A stretch of DNA of 64,000 nucleotides from assembly GCA_951406725.2 (NCBI GenBank), contig OX597817.1, positions 173,352,001 to 173,416,000 on the forward strand, written 5' to 3'. Numbering within the stretch: the stretch's first letter is position 1; each line of letters starts with the position of its first letter. Below the pieces are notes generated by a model. The model saw nothing but the letters and a program-made list of their open reading frames with translations, was not told where the DNA came from and did no database searches. The DNA comes from Octopus vulgaris. Lineage: Eukaryota. This document shows, piece after piece, positions 24,101 to 36,849 of the stretch. Made by a program: the position numbers and the translations under genes.

Positions 24101-26599
24101 GCTAATACTAATGCACAGCACTGAGCAGTGTCTTGTGCAAAAGTCATGAGTAAAACTGAGCAGATGATAATCCATTAGATGAAGTGTATTTACAGCCAGT
24201 CTATCACCCAGTTGATCCACCTGACCTATAAGTGCTTTCAGCATTCAGACAAGATATTATGCTGCTTGCTATTGTATCAGCCCATAAGTGAAAGCTTCAT
24301 CTTGCTTGTCTCAGAGCCAGTGGAAAAAGATCAAGGGTGCTGCTGCCCTTCTTCCCATGACTAAATAAGATAACACATCTAATCAATGTAGATATCCTGC
24401 ATTAGATATGCAAACAAATGGGAAAAGCTTATGGTACGGCCCTCTTTTAACTATAAAAACGTAAATGGATGAAAAACATATTATATGACAAATGGGTTAC
24501 TAATGTTGAAGGAGTGCCTGAAAGAAATATGGAATAATATGGGTTTAACAACTGAGTGTGCAATAAAAAAGAAAGTCAAGTACAAATGAGCCAGAAAAGA
24601 AAGTGGATATTAACAGTATTAGTTGTTTTCCTATAAGAGGATTTATTAATATAATGCAAATAGATTCAGTATTTTGTGTGAAACATATACATTACAAGAA
24701 AATACATAATATACAGAGCCAGTTCTAAGTAATTGTAGATTTTTACAAATGAAGTGATTGAAGACCAACATAGACTGTTGTGTACAACCATTCAATAAAT
24801 GTTACAACAGATTGTTGTTATTATTATTATTACCATTTAAAAAAAAATCTTTTAGTACTTAACAATTTACAAAAATTATTCAAACTTATTCAGATAAAAA
24901 TTCAAAAACAATCTTAACTATATTTTCAAATAATGGCCACTTGAACAAAATAAAAATCAAAATTTTTTTAAGTGATGCACAAGATATTCGATATATGATA
25001 ATGAGAATTATAAAATAAGCACAGTGAAGTTGTTACATTGAATATTATAATTTCTTTTCAAAGACAAAAATAGAATAAGCACCAAGTCTTAGCCATGTTA
25101 GAAAACTGAATGTAACCTCTATTAAAGATATCACAAATGACATATACCTTTTGGACACTGACATTTTGTTATAGTCAAGAAGGTTGAAGTATATATATAA
25201 ATATATATTCATCGGACTTGCAAACATGCTCATTTTTAACTTTCACTATATATCATTTCCATTATTATAAATAATCTCTGCCATAGAAGATACAAGGGTT
25301 GTTGACATTTATAATTGCACAAAAATTAGAAGCGGCAATTTCTCCATTAATAACTTTAGTAATGGTTAAAGGATTGAAATAAAGCACAGATGCCAGTGTA
25401 GATCATGTTACAATCCTTGAACACAGGAACTTACTCTACACCCTTTAGCAACTATAAATTTATATTTTCTGATATAGTCTTTTTAGATGCAATGATTCTG
25501 AACAGCAATAAAGGGATAAAAAAAATGAAGACAAGGACAGAGTAAGAGAAAAATTGAGGATAAAATAAATGAAATTCACACAAAATCCCCAAGGATGCTA
25601 TATTGGAAAATATCTCCAGCCGCTGCTGAGGCAGTCGCAATCAAGCAGTCAGCAGCAGCACTTCCATAGCCTATTTCCAACTAATTGCCTGACTAGTACT
25701 ATGTATCAAGTTAAGAAATAGGAATCAAGCATTAGTCATGATGTGGTGATTGGCATTTCACCAACAAAACACTCATGAAAATAAATTTATAGACCTATCA
25801 AAACCATCACTGCTAAACTTATTCAGCTAAATTATATTTTAATTTCCTTTTAACCCAGATAAGCATTTTTTTTCCCCTTGACCATTTAAAATTTAGATGA
25901 CCACATTTAATAGCAACTATAGAATTTGACGCTCCAAAATTAAATCTTTTTACAAACATAACAGTATACACTCACTCCATCTTTAACCAACATTTCTATA
26001 CAAGAGTAATATAAATTTACTATTGTATTATAAGCTGTAAATGAAATCACTGCAGGTTTCATTTACTCAAAGCATTTACATCTATTTCAGCAAAAACTAG
26101 TATTATATTACAATATCTTAGCAGTTCAAAAATGTTTATATTCAATTATGAATATAGTTGATACCCTGACTATTTTAAGGTGCTCTAACTTCCCCATCCT
26201 GTAGAACACCTTGTATTTCACTCAAAAGCAAAATTACATATAACAGGGTACAGTGCAAATTATGAGGGCTTTTATTTCAGTATCTCATGATAAACATACT
26301 TGATGGAATTCTCACGAATTGTAAGCTAAAATATATATTACATTTCAATAGTTGTGAAATAGACATTAAGCAAAAAAAAAAAAAAAAAAACCTGGCTCCC
26401 TTTGTAAATGTTTCTATTTATTTTAATATGTCTTATGCCACCTTAATTCATTTTAATGAAGAAAGCAAGAAAGTTTTCATGCAAATGCTTTCCTCCACTC
26501 CAGCCAACCGTTTTCAAGAAAATGGTTGGAGATTGAAACATTTTTAGTTACAGTAAACATACAAGGTGATCCTAACAGTCCCACCACCTAAAATATATT

Positions 26600-27270
26600 T
26601 ATTTATCTCAAGTCAATGTGATAAACACACGTGTGTTACCATATAATTTGTACTGAATCAGGGAAAGAGACAAAGTCAGTTTCAGTACTTTGTTCTGGCA
26701 ATAATTTGGAGCTAAAGATGAGAGAAGCTACATCAATGTTGAGGTCATACAATAATGTTGCTAAAATCTTTGAAAATCAAAGTCTAATAATGCAATCATT
26801 TCTTTCATTTAGTAAAATGGAAAGAATTTTAACACTTTTATTTCTGTTTTTTGTTCAAATGGTGGGCAATAGCAATGTCAACTTCCAACTCAAATTCAAC
26901 TGCAATGTTGCTGTACAAGATACAACTGATGCAACCAGAGTTGAACTTTTGCAACTTTTACACCGACAAAGTCGGGCAGAGTTTGCCATGATGTCACATA
27001 GAAAATTGACTGACACATGACAGCCTTGATTTACTTCTCCCATTCATTTCCATTGAGAGTTTCGATCAAACTCAAAACTGCCCAACATATGCATCTGCTA
27101 TAAATTTCTTGAGACGCATTACAGTAAATCCAAAAATACAAGTGCAGTAAAAAAAAACAACCCTTTTCCTAGTTCGCTGACAAAGCAAATCAGAAGGTAG
27201 CCCTTCATTTGTACACCACCTAAGACTCTTTGTCAAGAATGCAACTGCAGGGGTTGATCTGGCAACCTAT
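26600..27270 (+). mobile_element. Possible decayed hAT transposase 3' end
   Basis: LLLPF-like dimerisation-region remnant (~27030) and a terminal TGGCAACC(C)TA hAT-like TIR at ~27260; very degenerate. Confidence 0.35.
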
Positions 27271-27616
27271 AAATGTTAATGTGCAACATTCCTAGAATGT
27301 CTTGACATACCATTACTAATCTCAACTTTTATGATGGCAGAAATTGAGCCAGAATACTAGCATTGGCCTATTTTGATGATCGGGCCTTTTAGTTGTATCA
27401 AGCACATGCTACTGTTAAACATGACTTTACTGAACAACCCAATCTAATGGTGAACATTATTCCATATCAAACTTTGAAAGAAAGTTCTCAAAAATATTTT
27501 GTTTTGTAGCTATGTTGTGTTTTGTTAGTTGGCAATAATTTTTTTTTAAATCTACCAACATTGCAAGAAGCCAAGACACTATTAAGTGCCTGCTTGTAGA
27601 AAACTGGTCAGGTTTT

Positions 27617-27767
27617 CTATATTAATATTATATAATATTAAATCTATATTAATAATATATCTATTATATTAATCTTATATTTATATTAATAATATATCAA
27701 TATTAATATTATATAATATATCTATTATATTAATATTATATCTATACTAATAATATATCAATATTAA
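27617..27767. repeat. AT-only degenerate minisatellite
   Basis: Repeated ATATTAATATTATATA and ATATTAATAATATATC units. Confidence 0.85.
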
Positions 27768-29491
27768 CCTCAATCATAAAACCATTTATCAACATTGTCT
27801 ATATAGCCCAAACTTAGCAACATCAACACAAAAAGCCTTATGGATACTCTAATATACACAAACACAAGCATATACTTTTATTGAAACTACAGCAAAAGAC
27901 AGTTTCTCTGCTTTAATCTGACAAAATATAAATCTGACATTAAAAACAGAAGAAAGTACACAAATACTGACATGGAGTAAAGTTGCAAAAAGCATTAAAA
28001 ACTTGAATCTAACAAGGCTATCATTTCTTTTAACATCTGTTGAAAAATGTACAATACAAACAAATGGCAATACATTAATATATTTAATGTTTTTTTTTTT
28101 GTTTTTTAAAGATGTATCTTAAGGCTTCTTACACCAAGTGTATTGAGTGATGATAGATTGAACTGTGACAAGATTGTAGTTGGAGGAAATAAAAATAGTC
28201 AGGAAGACTTCTCAGGAAACAGGAGTTGGTATAGAAGGGGGATTAGCATATTAAATGCATTTCAAGTGTAGATGAGTCCAGAAATTTGATAGTAGGCCAG
28301 TCAGTGGTAAGCAAATGCCACGGTTAGGTAGACAAGACCAAGTCTACATCATCATCATCATCATCATCGTTTAACGTCCGTTCTCCATGCTAGCATGGGT
28401 TGGACAGCAGATATCCCCTCAGGATCTCTAGACATTTTTGCAGTGTAGAGTATATCTGTTTTTAACAGAATTAGCAGTTGTTCAGGGTTGAAATTATTTC
28501 AAGTACTAAAACAAATTTTCAATGTTCCAACTTTGACTCCTTCATAAGTAATTCAGAGCCTCTCTGTAAGAGATTGGGAATTGTGAGGTGTAGAGTCTTT
28601 AAAGAAAATGGTCATGTTGTGTACTGTTCATTTGCAGAGAGGATGCTGAAATGTTATTTTACTGAAACATGAAAATGTCTGTTTTGAGAAAAACATCAAC
28701 TTTTGCAAGAAAATTGCAGTCTCCATTATGATATATGCCTAGATTGTGTGGACAGGGTTGGTGTGTAATAACTGAGAGTAGGGTGGCACAAAAGAAGCAG
28801 AGGTATGGTATTGATGAAAGTTAGTTAGATAATACATGAAACAAGATTACTGATTCATTAGAAAGCTTTCAGCTGAAGGAGTTAATAGGGGAAGAGTAGC
28901 ATTGCCATTTTCATTTTATGCCATACAAGGTAGAAAAGTTTGCTGATGTCAAGGGCAACAACTTTGCAAAAGTAAAATTTCAAAAGCAAGATACTGACTG
29001 AAGTGCAAAATTAAAGTGGGTGTCTCCAATTGAATGACTGAAGACGGATATAATCAGAAGGGTTCGTATAAACTATCAATTTAGAAATGAGGAACAAAAA
29101 GACGATAATAATAAATAACAAGCTAAATAAAAGAGGTTGAGGCATAGAATTGTTTTCAATATTTTGAGAAATTAGAACAGAAGCTAATTTAAGGACCTAG
29201 TGCTCCTAAGTGAGAGGATTGCACTTATCAATTCTAGTTAACCTTTTGGATATGTTTTAAGATCCCTGAAAAGAAGTTAGCTAAAATAAACAGCAACATA
29301 TTTACTAAAAATGTTAAAATAAGCTACGGTGACAACATAGGAGTGTTTGTTTGTTTTTTCTATTTACATGTAAATAGAAAAAAGAAAATGAAACAAAAAT
29401 TCACAATTTTTAATTAAGATAAAAATCAACAATAGTAAATAGAAGGTGCCAACAAAATTTCCAAAAATATACCTACAGTTTTAAAACTTAC

Positions 29492-29572
29492 TTTAGGAGA
29501 TGCCTGTCGCTCTTGCTGTGCATGTTTCACACTAGTTTGGTTAACTGCCTCTTCCAGCACCTCCACATTGTT
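29492..29572 (-). CDS. VAP: VAP coding exon 5, variable linker
   Basis: 81-nt phase 0-0 exon, cttttccccatcgtctag| and |gtaagt. Open frame NNVEVLEEAVNQTSVKHAQQERQASPK; position fits the MSP-to-coiled-coil linker. Confidence 0.82.
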
Positions 29573-30419
29573 CTAGACGATGGGGAAAAGGAGCACAACA
29601 TTTCAGTTTCTTGCACAACACAGGGTAGATTAAAAACATGCATAGTTTAATTATACCAGTTGTCCATGCTGGTTTTAAGTAAACGTTCCACCATTTGCTA
29701 AAGTACCGATGTACATAGCAAATACCAACCATTACATCATGCATTGTATTTAGTATTTTAAACACTTAAGATGAAACTTTTTATAACAAGGTTAGAAACT
29801 GGTTATTTGTAACAATGTTAGAGGCTGGTTATTTTTAACAATGTTAGTAACAGCAGCAAAAACATGATGTAAGTCTAATTCTATCTTAAATATATTCAAA
29901 AATATATTATAGCATACTCTTTTCTAGTTTCTGATGTTTGATGCCATATTCATTTTTATTACCATTTTACCCAAGTATACAATTTAGCCCCACTGAAAAG
30001 TAAAGTGGTTATACCAAAGGTTTTGTCTCTGGATGGAAAGTGGGATCAACCTAATTAGCTTCTAGTCCAGTTAGATCTTCATTAGACAGACCAGTTCAGC
30101 TCTATCAAAGTCTATACACACTATATATAGCCAAGTTTATAAATAAGTCTATAAAGTATAAATAGCCAAATCTAAACCTTCTGCCATCATTTTCATGTCC
30201 ACTTTTCCACAATTGCATGGGTCGGAGAGAATTTCTTTGAGGCAGGTTTTTTATGCCCATATGCCCTTCCTGTCACCACCCCTTGCTCATTTCCAAGTAA
30301 GGTCATTTTTCTCCATAACCAGACATGTTTTTATGGAGGATTGGCAATGAAGGACACTGCATGCATGACAGTGACATTCTTTTATAACCATTACATGGGG
30401 TTCAGGCAAGGAGACTCTT

Positions 30420-30592
30420 TCATACACACATACAAAAGGCTTCTACCAGTTTCAGTAGGCCAAATCCACTCACAATGCACTGGCCAGCTCAGTGCTATAG
30501 CAGATGCTTGCCTAAGGTGCCACACGGTGGGATTGAACTTAAAACCATGTGGTTGTGAAGCAAATTTCTTACCACACAGCCATGCCTGCACC
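30420..30592 (-). mobile_element. SINE family B head
   Basis: Minus strand ggcatggctgtgtggtaagaaatttgcttcacaaccacatggttttaagttcaatcccac (box A and box B). Confidence 0.7.
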
Positions 30593-31099
30593 TACATTAT
30601 AAATAACCAAATCTATAAAAAAAAAAAGTCTGTACACAGTTAACCCTATAAACAGTCTAAATACACTATAAATAGCCATAAACAAGTTAGTATACACTAT
30701 AAATAGCTATATCTATATACAGTATAAATAGCTAATCTATAAACAACTCTGCATACACTATAAATAGCTAAATCTGTGGTGTAGCCACTATGTTTACTTT
30801 TCACAGCATGACTAAATTCCATGCTTTTGAAGTTATAACCACTAGATAGAACATCCATATCTACCTAAGCAGTCAAGTATCACAATACCAAACGAGTTGG
30901 ATCTGGTTCTGCTCAGACAATTAAGCAAACTATTCTATTAGGATGTTGTATCATTTTCCACAGGCGTTTTTCTTAAAACTTATCCAGTAAAATGATTTAT
31001 GGGAGTTACAATCCACTAAAGACTGATGATGACTGTCCATAGGAAATGTCGGGAGTTGGAAGTAAATCCACCACTTCCAGTGCTTTCTGTTCATAGCTG

Positions 31100-31900
31100 C
31101 CATGAGTATCATGCCAAATCTCTCAAGTTATGTTTAGCCATGTATCTCAAACTGGGGTCCACCCTAGGTTCTCTAGTATTACCAGATAACTATCATTAGA
31201 CTATCCTGGCAACTAACATGCCAAAAGCTAGTGGAGACTTAAATGTACCAATATTTCTACAATGCTCAGAAGATTGGCTTTCTGTAAGACTGAGGATATT
31301 TGCAACCTTATCTTTTCATGACCTGAAATGCATGCAGTTTTTTTTTAATCATTATTCATGCATGCAACCTCTATAATAGAGTGGATAATATTATTGCCTG
31401 GCATACTTTGTGCTTCATTTGAGTCAAAACATGCTCGTAACTCTTTCAACTTTCCAAATGCTGGGCTGGCCCTGCTCATCCTGTGATTGACCTCATCAAT
31501 GAGTTGACAAACCATCGCTTGTAATTGGCTGGCCTCTGCCAGACTCTGCCATCTAATGATGACTGTATTCAAGTTGTGCCACTTGGATTGAATCCAGATT
31601 TGGCTGACAAAGAATTAAACTTTGTAATTACACTAACAAAGATAAGGAGATGATCTTCAGTGAACAACAATTCCCTCACCAACATATAGATGGTATTTGT
31701 CATAGCTTTCAGATACAATACTTTAAGCAGATTAGCATCAAGTATCTTCAGTATACATTTACTTTCTTAAACATCACTGACAAAGCACACAGCCATCAAA
31801 CTGTGCAAAGCTGGGACAGACCAGGATGGCCTGAGCACTTTTACCAGTGTTTATGGGATGTCATTTAATCTGAACCTTCTTAACATCTGCCACACACCCA
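31100..31900 (-). mobile_element. Old RTE-like LINE remnant
   Basis: IDEVNHRMSRASPAFGKL resembles the post-RT segment IDxEVxxRIxxASxAFGxL. Confidence 0.55.
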
Positions 31901-32369
31901 ACCAAAAATTTAAGTCAACAAGGACTGCATATAATGTTTCTCTTTTCCATTTTCCTACATTTTTGTTAGAATCCTGTCTACTCTTGACCCATTTCTAAAA
32001 GTGACCCAAGGTGACCAATACACTCAGTGAATAACTATTGTAACATCACATTTTCCAAAGTTTCCAGCTCAATGTAACCTGAAACAGTGAGCAATGATTG
32101 TTGGAAATATTGTAATACTGCACCTGGCCAGGTCATTAATTTGTGAAATCTGTGTCTTTGGCTAAGCTCTGTAGCTTCATTTTTATAATTCAAAGCATAT
32201 CCAATCAAAATCCTTTTGAATAAACTTTTATCAGCTGAGAAAGTCTGCTCTTAGCAATCATATATACATACACACACTTAGTGGAGAATGAACTCCAAAT
32301 GCAAATTGCGGAAGAGAGAGATTTCCAACATCTATTTTATTATAGTTTCTCACTTGCTATATACCTCAC

Positions 32370-32402
32370 CTTCACAGAACAAAGACTGCTTCGGAATAAA
32401 CA
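32370..32402 (-). CDS. Candidate alternative VAP cassette exon (33 nt; 38 nt with second donor)
   Basis: gttacttttcag|TGTTTATTCCGAAGCAGTCTTTGTTCTGTGAAG|gtgagg; in frame CLFRSSLCSVK. A second donor GAG|gtatat lies 5 nt further. No transcript evidence. Confidence 0.4.
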
Positions 32403-34672
32403 CTGAAAAGTAACACTAAATCTATTACTGACTGAACAACTCCGAGTAGAGTTTACATGTTGCTATTTATGTTAACTGGCATTTTTATCTTATACATTTC
32501 TAATGCCTGCACTATCATACCCAACATCAATTTCTTCATTTGCAGACCCACTTTTACAGCAAACTTGCAGATCAAGATGGAAAGTATCAATTGAAGACAT
32601 TGACTTCCACTTGACTTGGTCTTCTTAATAATACAAGGCATTGTGCCAAGTTAGAAATCAAAAGGAAAAGAACTTGAAAGAATATCTTATAAAAAAAGAA
32701 AGAAAAAGGAGATACCTAAGACGTATGCCCTTTTTCTACATTACATGTGATTAAACCTAATTTTTGTTGCAAAATTTTTTATTTCATTTTGAAAATGGTA
32801 AGTTACTGAATCTTGCCACTTTGTCAGCAGGTCAATGGTTTTTATTACTCTTGTTAATATCTAGAAGTAAATTCATGTTCACTAGGGCCATACCACATAA
32901 CAGATAGAGACCTACTTTGGAGTAGTTTAAAATTGAAAATTATAATATCCATGCCATTTGTGCATCCAGTGTTATATTTTTTGATAAATTCATAATTTTT
33001 TTAATTTATCCTTTGCAAATTATAGAACATTAATAGAAACAAATGTTTAACATTATTTTTTAACAATTCAGTGTCTAAATTTTAAATTCTAGTAGTTCAA
33101 TATACCTGTCTAAAATCATGCAGTTAGCCAGTAATGTGAATCAGTCCACCACTATTATCTCTTCTATACAGAGTCTCTTTCTTACAGTACGTAACTGTGT
33201 TTATATTTTGTTTTCTTTTTAAGGTACTTATACATTAAAATATTCAAATTGGAAAAAAGACAAGAAAATGAAAATAGTGTTTGATTATAACCAATTAAAT
33301 TATAGAAGAAATGGTTCATTGCATAATAAACTTTTCCTGTTTTTCCAGCTTTTAAATTTCACCTGACCCTATCTAAAACAATATTTCATTCTAATTTCAA
33401 AATAGAATTCAAGTATCTATGCATAACCTCTGTTAACAAAAAAAAAAAAATTTAACTGCAATTTATTTTTAGAATTTCTAGGGTGGGGCTGAATAAACAC
33501 AGTTTAATATTGAGGAAATATAATGCTCTAAATAGAAACATATTCCATTTATAGATATGGGCGCAATAAATAAAAGCTATCATTATCAATTTTTAGGTAC
33601 ACTCACCCATTTATATATAATTTTATTTTATAAAATATCAATTCAAATTTATCTTTTTTTTTTTTTAATTTACCTGTATTTCTAATTTACCAGCAAAATG
33701 AGTGACAAATTGTGATTGTGTGTATTTACATGCATGAATTTATTTTACTTTGTTATGTGCAGGTTAATTTATTTAATCTTGTACTTTTCTTCAAATTTCA
33801 AAATTTTGGGTATACCTGTTTTATGTACATTCAAGTTCATCTGAAAATTCAGTAACGTGTCCAATTCCTCTTCATTAACATATTTTATACCCAACTGATA
33901 TAATTAGCTAACTTACTTAGTAAGGTGATGTTCAAACAAAATTTAAATAAATTTCACAAGATTCGCTTTCTGGGGAAAATTATTTAATAAATTTATTAAA
34001 TATTTTGTTGTGTTCCAAAAACCACATTCACGTCAATAAATAAAAGTTATAGTTGTCTTATGAAACTGGTCTAAATTCACTTTTTTTTTTTTAGAATTTT
34101 ACGCAAAGTTTGTTTTAATTAGGAAAATAGTAGCAAAAGGGTTAAAACCTTGCAAGTTAGTGATTGCCAAGAAAACAAGAATAAATAGAAAAGGTCAGAA
34201 AGCTGCAGCTCAGAGGAAAAAAGATGAGGCTAAGTATTTAGTAGAAAATCTGGAGTAGAGTAAGACATGGTAGGGGCAGGGCACAAGGGAAGAGAATTCA
34301 AATAGAGACTTTAGCTGGAGTTGATATTTAATCAGTAAGTTAAAAGGAGTGGAGAAACCTAGGTAGCAGGGACAAGGAAAACAGGTTGATGGTGAACAAG
34401 TGATTGAGGAGTGTCAGCGATTGACAATTAGGCAGACAGCAATTTTTTTTTAATGTTTTTGTCCAAAATGTATGGGTCCCTAGAAAGGACATCAGGACAT
34501 CTTCCTAGGTGTTTCAGCAATCCTCTGGTTTAAGATATACTTAACCTTCGTGTATGGGTTGTAACTGTTTATAGCATTTTTCCTGGCTCTAAAAAGGAAT
34601 CTGAGGTTTATTGATTGTAAGATTTCTTATAAATCTAAAAAGGAAATTTTTTTGTCTGAAAACTTTACTTAC

Positions 34673-34744
34673 TTCTACAGGAGGCATTTCAAACACACAC
34701 TTAAGTTTAGAATCCATCAAGTTCTCAGGGGAAACATCTTTCCA
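34673..34744 (-). CDS. VAP: VAP coding exon 4, end of MSP domain
   Basis: 72-nt phase 0-0 exon, ttttcag| and |gtaagt. Translates WKDVSPENLMDSKLKCVFEMPPVE (conserved W..LMDSKL.CVFE.P). Confidence 0.95.
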
Positions 34745-34989
34745 CTGAAAAATAAATTAAGTTGGAATCTTAAAAATTCTGAAAAAAAATACACAAAAAT
34801 ACTCAAAATATTCTGAACATATACTTAGTTCACAAGAAATTAGGAATCAAAAAATACAAGTAGATATTTACATAATTTGAAGTATTTAAAAAGAATATAT
34901 ATTATAAAGGACAAGTGTACCCACGATCACTTTGCTCAGCAAATTGTCATTGATAAAAAAAAAAATATGCATGTATAAATGTATATAAA

Positions 34990-35172
34990 GCTGCTCAGGC
35001 ACTATTATAACTGAGCAGAATGTTTTTGCTGTTTCAGGCATCAATGCATTCACAAGAAAATATTTTTCCCATCAAATATGTTGATAAATCCTCATTTGTA
35101 GGATCAACATCATTGATGGAGGTAACATTGCTCACACTGAAATTTGAAAGACGTGATGGGCTTCCAAAATTT
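34990..35172 (-). mobile_element. Second Helitron helicase fragment
   Basis: Diverged direct copy of 37182-37362; encodes INDVDPTNEDLSTYLMGKIFSCECIDA. Confidence 0.65.
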
Positions 35173-35179
35173 GGTTTAG

Positions 35180-35555
35180 GTGGCTATGTGGTTGAGAAGT
35201 TTCCATTTCCCAACCACAGGAATCTGGGCTCAGCTCCACGGTGAGGCACTTTAAGCAAGTGTCTTCTACTATAGTTCTGGGTTGATCAAAGCCTTGCGAG
35301 TAGATTTGGTATATGAAAACTGTAGAAATCCAAACATGTATGCATGTGTGTGTGTCCCTTTATCTTGATATCACACAATGACTGTTAAATAAAAAGGACC
35401 ACTATCTTTTACAAGCAGTATTATTCCAAGAAAACATGTCCAGCCATGAGAACACAGGTTGAAGGCTGGCAGCAGGAAGGGCATCCAGCCATAGAAAAAT
35501 CTTTGTCAATGAATACTGTTTGAGCCATGCCTTAATGAAAGTTAAAATGATGAAG
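35180..35555 (+). mobile_element. SINE family B
   Basis: tggctatgtggttgagaagtttccatttcccaaccac...ggcactttaagcaagtgtcttctactatag...caaagccttgcgagtagatttggt, followed by an RTE-like tail. Confidence 0.7.
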
Positions 35556-36849
35556 AAACAGTTTAGAGAGAGTTCAGGGAGCCATTACAACTGCTGGCAA
35601 CAAAGGTCTTTTTCTACAGAGTGATGGGCAAATTGTATGAGGCTTGAGTTAGAATTGCAGATTTTAGTGTGCATCAAAGTAGACTGCAATGGTATGAACA
35701 TGAGATGATTTGGTTGTGTAAAGTAGCAATCAATAAATGTGGCTGGAGTTTGTGAGCAAAGGAGACCCAGAAAGACATGAAACAGAAGCGAAGGCAGACC
35801 TCAGGGACCCTGAGCTTCACACAGGAGATGACAAAAGACTGAGAAGTCTGGTTATGTGTGTGATACTTAAGATTTACCTTATCATGGCAAAACTGACTTC
35901 TGGAAGTACAGTTAGCACACTTTTCTTTTTTAACTATGTGCACAAATGAGCCTCTCACCCACCAACATCTCTTCCACTGCAGCTCCTCCCATCCCTGATA
36001 CCACATCTTCTCATCCATTAATATTGTTCTCTACACCTACATGTTACATTGATCCCTTGATCCCCCACACTAGACCACAGAAATCTATCCTCCTGCACTA
36101 CACCCGATTCTCACTCCCCACTCCCCTGTAGTCTACCCAAACACATCATCTCTCCCGTGTTCTCCATGTCCACTGTATCATCATTACTATCTGTTATTGC
36201 TTTCTTGCATCTCTCTGTCTCCCCAATTCATGACCTTTGGCCATTCCTGCATCCAGGATTCAACCTTTACCAATCCCTATAGACATTACCTATCTCTCTC
36301 ATTTCATTTCCCAACACCTGCCTCCCAAAACACACATAACTCATGCAAACTCCCACCCACACCTAGTTTCTCACCCCCACTCACTTCTACTTACCTTATG
36401 TGCCACTTGGACACTGCATCACCGTTATTTATCTCTTTGCAGCAACTACTAATTCATTTCTCCCTCTCTCCTAAATGTAGGTAGCCATGTAGCTCCCCCT
36501 ACAACAAGAATTTACTCTGCTCCCACCCCACCCCCTTCTCTCGTATCTTAACCCTCATCTGCTAGCATAAAACTCCTCCCTTCAAGTTTCACAGGCCTGC
36601 AAACTGCAGATCCAGCTCAGTAGCAGCATGAGAAAAACTGGCCAGCACATGCTGTAAAGTGGATGGCATTAAGAAGGGCACCCAGTCATAGAAACCCTGA
36701 TAAAGCAGATACTGGAGCCTGGTGCAATCCATGGACCCATTGGATCCTATCAAACAGTGCAATCCATACCAGCATGGGTATGGACATTAAATGATGATGA
36801 TAAAGCTACAGGTAAACATTTATGTATACTATGACTTGTACAATATGTC

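Noticed and set aside
32453-32641. 62-aa ORF near a branch-like ttctaac
   Set aside because: No good donor and no homology; likely chance.
33672-33685. 8-nt ag|AAATACAG|gtaaat candidate
   Set aside because: No pyrimidine tract before the AG.
33917-33969. 53-nt AG...GTAAGT-bounded segment in VAP intron 4
   Set aside because: In-frame TAA and no frame logic with neighbours; shows that chance splice-like pairs occur here.
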